From IMG/VR virus record IMGVR_UViG_3300038524_000024, positions 40,988 through 104,987 of that record: a DNA stretch of 64,000 nt. One strand, written 5' to 3'. The notes under the pieces are model-generated. The model ran no database searches. It saw only the letters and a list, made by a program, of their open reading frames with translations, and was not told where the DNA came from. This document shows, one piece after another, positions 58,806 through 64,000 of the stretch (position 1 is the first letter of the stretch; every line of letters begins with the position of its first letter). Source of the DNA: a virus. Taxonomy: Duplodnaviria > Caudoviricetes. Both the position numbers and the translations under genes were made by a program.

Positions 58806-59232
58806 TCCGCACCTCTGGTGGCTCTGGAAGTGGCATCCAGTGAGTAACCATAAGGTTGTATATATACGGTGACCATGCGCCACCACGAAATAACGCATCA
58901 AAGTGCTGTTCATATCTACAATCGTAGACCATGTAGTATCCGTCTTTTTCCGGCAACCTTTCGCTCACTGGTATCCACGCCGGAAACGCTGGCGTCATCC
59001 CGATAAGCTCACGCGCGTTCTTTAGCTCGGCTTCAAGCTCAGCAATACGGTCACAATAGAAGTCTTGTAACTCGTGACATTTTATGATTTCTGCTTCAAG
59101 CTCGCTGATGTACGTTCGCAACGCTGTCCTTTTTGCGATTACATCATCCATTGGCGTTGCAAGTGATGCAACTGCCTTTTCAAAGTCATACATCAAATTA
59201 AGTACATCCCAACTAATAACTATTTTGCTCAT
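58798..59232 (-). CDS. DUF551-domain protein
   Basis: WIPVSERLPE...VTHWMPLPEPPE. Confidence 0.8.
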   Translation of the reverse strand: MSKIVISWDVLNLMYDFEKAVASLATPMDDVIAKRTALRTYISELEAEIIKCHELQDFYCDRIAELEAELKNARELIGMTPAFPAWIPVSERLPEKDGYYMVYDCRYEQHFDALFRGGAWSPYIYNLMVTHWMPLPEPPEVRNG

Positions 59233-59618
59233 TACTTCACCTCCTGATTGCGCCATTCTGCGACGAGAGCGTGCCAGCGTTCCCATGTCTCTTTATCTTC
59301 TCTGGTATTAAGCAGGGCAATGATGCTGAGTTTCTTCCCCGCCTCAATCAACCGCTCGACCATTTGGAAGGCACGGTCACGCTCGGCTTCGATTGTGGCG
59401 TACCTATTTTGCAGATAACTAAATTGCAAATCGAGTGCTACAAATTTCAAGCGCCACTTTTCTGCTGTCTCCTGCGCTTTTGTTAATTTATTATTAGCTA
59501 CCGTTTCCGCGTCACCATATCCGCAGTCAGGACAGTAATAACTGGCATAAAAACTCTCGTCTTCATGCCAACGACTAAACCGCGTGCTTCCGCAGTTAGG
59601 ACATTTGCTTTCACTCAT
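59232..59618 (-). CDS. Zn-ribbon + VERLIEAG-domain protein
   Basis: CPNCG...CPDCG; MVERLIEAG...W.ALVAEW. Confidence 0.65.
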   Translation of the reverse strand: MSESKCPNCGSTRFSRWHEDESFYASYYCPDCGYGDAETVANNKLTKAQETAEKWRLKFVALDLQFSYLQNRYATIEAERDRAFQMVERLIEAGKKLSIIALLNTREDKETWERWHALVAEWRNQEVK

Positions 59619-59976
59619 TCCGCGCCTGCCATTCTGCGACTAAGTCTTTCCAATCAAGTGGTTGGTCGTCCTCCCACCTTGAAATGGCTAATTTTTCTGC
59701 CATTAAATTACCTTCAACAATCAACCGCTCGACCATCCGCTCCGCGCGTTCACGCTCGGATTCGACACATCTAACATATGTCAAATTAGTTAACCGGTTA
59801 AGTTCCGCCTCCGCGCGTTCGGCACGGGCAAGCAGGGCATCTTCGAGCGGACGGGAGTTCCAGACTTTATCTCTCATGTTGATACCGTAATAACATCCAC
59901 ACGTGCCCTCATCTCCACGTGCAGGTAGGTTGTGAAACGGACACGGGCGTAAATTACTTGGCTGGTTTGTAGCCAT
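59611..59976 (-). CDS. Lar-like N-terminus + VERLI-domain protein
   Basis: LRPCPF...WNSRP; MVERLIVEG...W.DLVAEW. Confidence 0.65.
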   Translation of the reverse strand: MATNQPSNLRPCPFHNLPARGDEGTCGCYYGINMRDKVWNSRPLEDALLARAERAEAELNRLTNLTYVRCVESERERAERMVERLIVEGNLMAEKLAISRWEDDQPLDWKDLVAEWQARNE

Positions 59977-60337
59977 TTGGTAACTCTCCTTTGCTTATGC
60001 AAAATTTCAAACCTTGTTGCTTTGCTCTTTGTAGCCATTGGCGGTTTCTTTTCGACATGTCCTCAGCATTATCTTTTTCTTTACCAAGATAAAGATGCTC
60101 TGGATTTATACATGTAGGGTTGTCGCACTTATGTAAAACAAGCATGTCGTCAGGGATACTTCCAACTTTCATCTGGTAACAAAAACGATGCGCTAACACC
60201 TTCTTTCCGTTAGCCCTAAACCTTCCATAACCCCATTCATTTTTATAACCCATGTAAATCCAACAGCCGTTAGGTGATACCTTAACCTTGCTCATCATTT
60301 TCAGATACGCTTTCTGTAATCGTTTCAAATCACTCAT
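59954..60337 (-). CDS. HNH endonuclease
   Basis: GCWI..G.....GYG, AHR, VLHKCDNP.CINPEHL..G...DN..D. Confidence 0.88.
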   Translation of the reverse strand: MSDLKRLQKAYLKMMSKVKVSPNGCWIYMGYKNEWGYGRFRANGKKVLAHRFCYQMKVGSIPDDMLVLHKCDNPTCINPEHLYLGKEKDNAEDMSKRNRQWLQRAKQQGLKFCISKGELPNGYKPAK

Positions 60338-60576
60338 CTCTTCCTCCACTCATCCACCAACTTGCGCCACTCGTTCTCGGCTCGCGTCACCTCGTCGTTG
60401 TCCATACCGCCCTGGTTCAGCAGGTTGCCACCAACTTCGATTAGGCGAGTAATAAATATTGCTTTTTTTATTACATCATCGACATACTTTCCAACATTAG
60501 CGCGCAATTTCTGATTGTCAATCCGGTACGCCGTAATCAGCGCGTCCTTGCATTTCTTTTGTTTCATCTTATTCAT
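60334..60576 (-). CDS. RLIEVG-domain small protein
   Basis: ITRLIEVG...WRKLVDEW. Confidence 0.6.
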   Translation of the reverse strand: MNKMKQKKCKDALITAYRIDNQKLRANVGKYVDDVIKKAIFITRLIEVGGNLLNQGGMDNDEVTRAENEWRKLVDEWRKR

Positions 60577-60612
60577 CTTTATCCAATCTCTAAAATAACT
60601 TAATATCTGTTC

Positions 60613-60975
60613 CTATCCTGTCGGCTTTGATATGCATCTCGAAGGATTTAGGGTTTTATGAACATCACCTTTTTCATTCAGCCATGTGGTTTTTACAGAC
60701 CAAGTATCTGGCAGAAAAGCCATAATCAAATCATATTCCTTACTATATGAAAAACGAATAATAATTTTTACCAAGCAATTATTTTTGATTTCAACTTCAA
60801 TTGGTTCACCAAGACTCGGATTAATGCAATTAGGTAATTGTATTACCTCGTATCTATCTGTTTCTGCTGATTTTATGGCATGACATGTATAAAAGACTTG
60901 TATGTTTTTATTGGCAAGTTTCAGTGGTGGAAAATAAATATCCTTGTGATATAAGCCATCTTTGTATGTGGTCAT
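60613..60975 (-). CDS. Conserved phage protein, possibly RelE/BECR-like fold
   Basis: YH.D...P, YT.HA...A..DRY, VKTTWLN...D.HKTL. Confidence 0.6.
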   Translation of the reverse strand: MTTYKDGLYHKDIYFPPLKLANKNIQVFYTCHAIKSAETDRYEVIQLPNCINPSLGEPIEVEIKNNCLVKIIIRFSYSKEYDLIMAFLPDTWSVKTTWLNEKGDVHKTLNPSRCISKPTG

Positions 60976-60976
60976 A

Positions 60977-61162
60977 TTATTTATCGGATTTCTTTCCTGT
61001 AATTAGAATTTTTATTGCGAACACAATACATGTGCTAATAGAACCCATATAAGCTTCTCTACTTATAGAACACCCCAACAATTCCAATGTAATTGCTATT
61101 ATAAATATAACAAGTCCCACACCTAACATATCCATGATTGAAAACTCAAGTTGTTTGTTCAT
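60977..61162 (-). CDS. Small 2-TM membrane protein
   Basis: Two hydrophobic helices; first gene after promoter; AAGGA RBS. Confidence 0.6.
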   Translation of the reverse strand: MNKQLEFSIMDMLGVGLVIFIIAITLELLGCSISREAYMGSISTCIVFAIKILITGKKSDK

Positions 61163-61184
61163 ATAGTTCCTTTCATATATAAAT

Positions 61185-61213
61185 AGTATAGCACATCAAA
61201 GTTGATTTGTCAA
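61185..61213 (-). promoter_or_regulatory. Sigma70/sigmaA promoter
   Basis: TTGACA-N17-TATACT with extended TG. Confidence 0.8.
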
Positions 61214-61227
61214 GTGCTAAATTATCA

Positions 61228-61793
61228 AATAATAGTTAACATGAGTTAATGTAATCAGATAAATTGTGAAGTCTGTATATGATATAAGAGTATTGGAAAT
61301 TTTTGTGAATCCTTTATTATCTTAATAATAGTTAACATGAGTTAATGTAATCAGATAAAATGGACTTGTATATATAGAGTCAGTACTGACTAAGATATAT
61401 GTTAATAAGAACCGATGTGTGTTTAGTACTTATATATAAATAAAACTTTCTAGGATTAATCACCGTGTTTTATTACTATTCACTTGCAAAGTAGTTAGTA
61501 CTATAGCTAGTACTTGTAGTCAGTACTGACTACATATATAGGAAATTCATTATTATCTGATTACATTGGCTCTTTTATGCTACTTGAATAAATTATAAAA
61601 AATGATAAATATTATTGATTTTTATAGGCTTTTAGTGAAAAAAAGAACGTTTTTTCTATATTTTAGCAATATTATTATGTGTCAAAATGTGGCTTAAAGT
61701 GGGTGAATATGTCATTTTGATATGCTTGTAGTATCAATACTTATATAGTTAGGTTTATTTGACATTTCGTATAACCATTATGTAATCAGATAA
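61228..61793. repeat. Non-coding repeat cluster (candidate origin or protein-binding array)
   Basis: 36-bp direct repeat 61228-61263 / 61324-61359; four ATGTAATCAGATAA; palindromes AGTCAGTACTGACT at 61378 and 61518. Confidence 0.8.
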
Positions 61794-62235
61794 TATGTTT
61801 TTATAGGGGGGTAGGCTATTTAGATGAGGATAATTTGATGATGGATTGTATATTATTGGATTGGATTAATTAGGTTATTTGTTAGTGCTGGTTTATATGG
61901 GCTAATCCTTCGCGTTTTTTTAACGGGCGGGCTGGCGTGTAAAATCGGGGTGGGTCGGTATGGTGTCAATTCGTGATTATATGGTATAATCGCTCGTTCA
62001 TCTGGGCTTTTCAAGTGGTGGAATTTTTGCCGCTGGTAGTAAAATTTTTTAATCATCTGGGCGGTTTATTTTAGGCTTTGGGCTTTGGGCTTTTAGGATA
62101 CCATTAACAGGCGGTCTTCTCGGGCTGGCATTATAATAATTTTAAAATTTAATAACAGTATAATAAAATCCATTAACGGCTTAAGCGCGCTGGTTTAGGG
62201 CGCGCTGTTCCCGTTGCTATGGTCCGGGGCTTGGT

Positions 62236-63783
62236 TTATCTTATTCTCTCGGGTCTTTCTTCTCGGCTGATAACCTTACCGAGTCGGGTTATTACTGCGC
62301 TGATAATATTTGACTGCTCGATATAATAGGCTTGGCGTTCGGTCAAGTCGGTTAGGTTTCTATCGGTGATAGCCTGTTCGACTCTCGTTCCTGCATAGGT
62401 GTAACCTTCAAGCGTCAATTTATAGGGGGCTTGGGCTATGCGGTTTTTTAAGTCTGCTATGGCTTGGGCGAGGGCTTGGGCTTTGATTTCCTTTTCTGCT
62501 TCGTTGATGCAATTCTCGCAGTAATAGACTCCTTCGGTGGTCTGGTAGGCGTTTGTTAATTTGATTTCTTCTTCGCAGTTTTCGCAGTGAGTAAAATTTT
62601 CATTAAAACAGTCTTCACAATATGAGTCTCCGTCTTCGGTGTTTATGATTTCATCATTGGAGACTATACTTCCACAATTTTCACAAGTTGTGAATCGTTC
62701 GTTGAAGCAGTCTTCGCAGTAGTTATTGTAATTTTCATCTCGTAAAGCGTCTTCGGTTCTGATGGTTTCTCCGCAGTCGTCGCAAGTTGTAAAATTTTCG
62801 TTAAAACAGTCTTCGCAGTATATCTCTCCGTCTGGCGTGTAGTATATATCGTCTTCGTGATAGATTCTATCTCCGCAATTTTCGCAATGATAATTATTAT
62901 CTTCGAGGTCTGGGTTCTGGCAGTCTTTAAACACTCTTCCTATGTAGGAGTCTTGTTCGTCTTGGCGGTGTAATGTATAGGCGGTGTGATTATTGATGTA
63001 TATCGTTCGGCTGGGTGTCAATTCCTTTTCTTCGAAGGTATAACTAAAATTTTCTGCGTCTTTATAGTTTCCGTTGGGGTCTTTTACAAGTTTTAATATC
63101 TGGGTGGCGATAATATCATTTATTATCTTCGCTTTTTTCTCGGTGCTGATATCGTGGAAGTTTGGTTTTAATTCGAAGTATGGGTTAAAAGTTGCAAGTT
63201 CTCCGCTGGTGGCGTTGATGATAAAGATTCTGCCGATTCCTGTTTCTTGCGTGATTTCGGGTTGGTCGCTTATGAGTAGGGCGACTCCGTTTGCGTTCTC
63301 TAATGTATACGGGGCGTCTGGGCAGTAATCAGTGTACCAACAGCTGGAAGGATTTCCGTATCCGTCTGATGTTCCGTTCTCGCATATGTTTTGGATGTCG
63401 TCTGTTATTCTCCAATAGAGGATTTTTTTCTCGGTCTTTGTCAATTCCTTTTGAAGGTCTGATACAATCGGGGCGATGCTCTCTGATAGTTTGTACTCTA
63501 TGCGTTGGCGGTCGGTATTTGGTAGGCGGTTTCGGCGTTTCCATTCGGATTCAATTCGTTTCCATAGTCGGGGCTGGTTGGGTTGGTCGGTTGTACCTGT
63601 GGCGTTGATGATGTCGGTTAAATAGTATTGGTCAAGGCGGAGTCGGTATTGGTTGAAGGCTTGGAGTGTGATTTCTTTGCTTAAGGTTTCGGCTGATGCT
63701 GGTTCGCTTGTTAGCGTGTAAGTGCCTGATAATCCGTTTAAGTCTTTTGCGGTTGTGCGGTGGTTGTGCTGGGCGTTTTTCAT
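62236..63783 (-). CDS. Hypothetical protein with four tandem double-CxxC Zn-ribbon repeats
   Basis: SSCWY...GRI N-terminal domain; eight CxxC motifs (xCExC...YCEDCFNE.F); own promoter. Confidence 0.8.
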   Translation of the reverse strand: MKNAQHNHRTTAKDLNGLSGTYTLTSEPASAETLSKEITLQAFNQYRLRLDQYYLTDIINATGTTDQPNQPRLWKRIESEWKRRNRLPNTDRQRIEYKLSESIAPIVSDLQKELTKTEKKILYWRITDDIQNICENGTSDGYGNPSSCWYTDYCPDAPYTLENANGVALLISDQPEITQETGIGRIFIINATSGELATFNPYFELKPNFHDISTEKKAKIINDIIATQILKLVKDPNGNYKDAENFSYTFEEKELTPSRTIYINNHTAYTLHRQDEQDSYIGRVFKDCQNPDLEDNNYHCENCGDRIYHEDDIYYTPDGEIYCEDCFNENFTTCDDCGETIRTEDALRDENYNNYCEDCFNERFTTCENCGSIVSNDEIINTEDGDSYCEDCFNENFTHCENCEEEIKLTNAYQTTEGVYYCENCINEAEKEIKAQALAQAIADLKNRIAQAPYKLTLEGYTYAGTRVEQAITDRNLTDLTERQAYYIEQSNIISAVITRLGKVISREERPERIR

Positions 63784-63846
63784 TTTTTCCTTTTCTGCGG
63801 TGTCTCCGCTCGGTGCGCTGTGTGCGCTGGTTTGGTTTACTCTTTA

Positions 63847-63874
63847 ATTATAGGCTTCTCTCGTTGGGTGTCAA
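63847..63874 (-). promoter_or_regulatory. Consensus sigma70/sigmaA promoter
   Basis: TTGACA-N16-TATAAT. Confidence 0.8.
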
Positions 63875-63934
63875 GTTTTTTAGGCTTTTTGGCGGTTTTT
63901 GGTCTTGATTTTGGCCTTTTTTGGGGGTGTTTTT

Positions 63935-64000
63935 CGGTCTGGGTGGTCGGTCTGGGTGGTCGGTCTGGGTGGTCGGTCTGGGTGGTCGGTCTGGGTGGTC
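63935..64000. repeat. Perfect 13-bp tandem repeat CGGTCTGGGTGGT, at least 5 copies, runs off the window
   Basis: Units start at 63935, 63948, 63961, 63974, 63987. Confidence 0.95.

Noticed and set aside
61228-61359. Mini-CRISPR (two 36-bp repeats)
   Set aside because: Only two copies with a 60-bp gap; the core motif recurs inverted elsewhere, which fits binding sites better.
61853-62056. 67-aa ORF in the non-coding region
   Set aside because: No convincing RBS; low-complexity product explained by strand skew.
7337-63908. Many antisense and nested ORFs in the track (e.g. 7337-7804, 12795-13226, 13438-13917, 26373-26942, 63291-63608)
   Set aside because: Shadows of well-supported genes, with no RBS or motifs; only 1617-2015 was kept.
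63935-64000. CRISPR array
   Set aside because: Units are contiguous 13-mers with no spacers, and no cas genes are present.
1-64000. tRNA/rRNA genes or alternative genetic code
   Set aside because: No tRNA cloverleaf recognised; core genes are full length under the standard code.

Overview
A 64 kb segment of a large, AT-rich tailed phage or prophage with SPbeta-like gene order; the host cannot be determined from this window. 1-7.7 kb (+) is a nucleotide-metabolism and DNA-modification block: intein-containing class II RNR, a C5 cytosine MTase with an overprinted second ORF, ThyX with an HNH intein, a PLP enzyme plus radical SAM pair, and dUTPase. 7.8-55 kb (-) is a long morphogenesis and lysis region headed by a YonO-like single-subunit RNA polymerase, followed by HU, phosphoesterase, terminase, portal, protease, capsid, tail, holin, Ig-like protein, GH25/M23 endolysin, RusA, tyrosine recombinase, tape measure, Dit, Tal and fibres. 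It also holds four free-standing GIY-YIG endonucleases and two GC-rich foreign patches. 55-61 kb (-) holds small accessory genes, including paralog arrays. 61.2-64 kb is a repeat-rich non-coding region, a compositionally distinct Zn-ribbon gene and a terminal 13-bp tandem repeat. Top leads: (1) a covarying three-way-junction RNA in front of two GIY-YIG genes whose loop can pair with the RBS; (2) a PLP + radical SAM candidate DNA-hypermodification pair in a ThyX/C5-MTase context; (3) an overprinted EcoHK31I-beta-like ORF inside a motif-complete MTase; (4) a split donor island with lysin remnants at its inner junctions. All family assignments come from motif recognition by eye, not from database searches.
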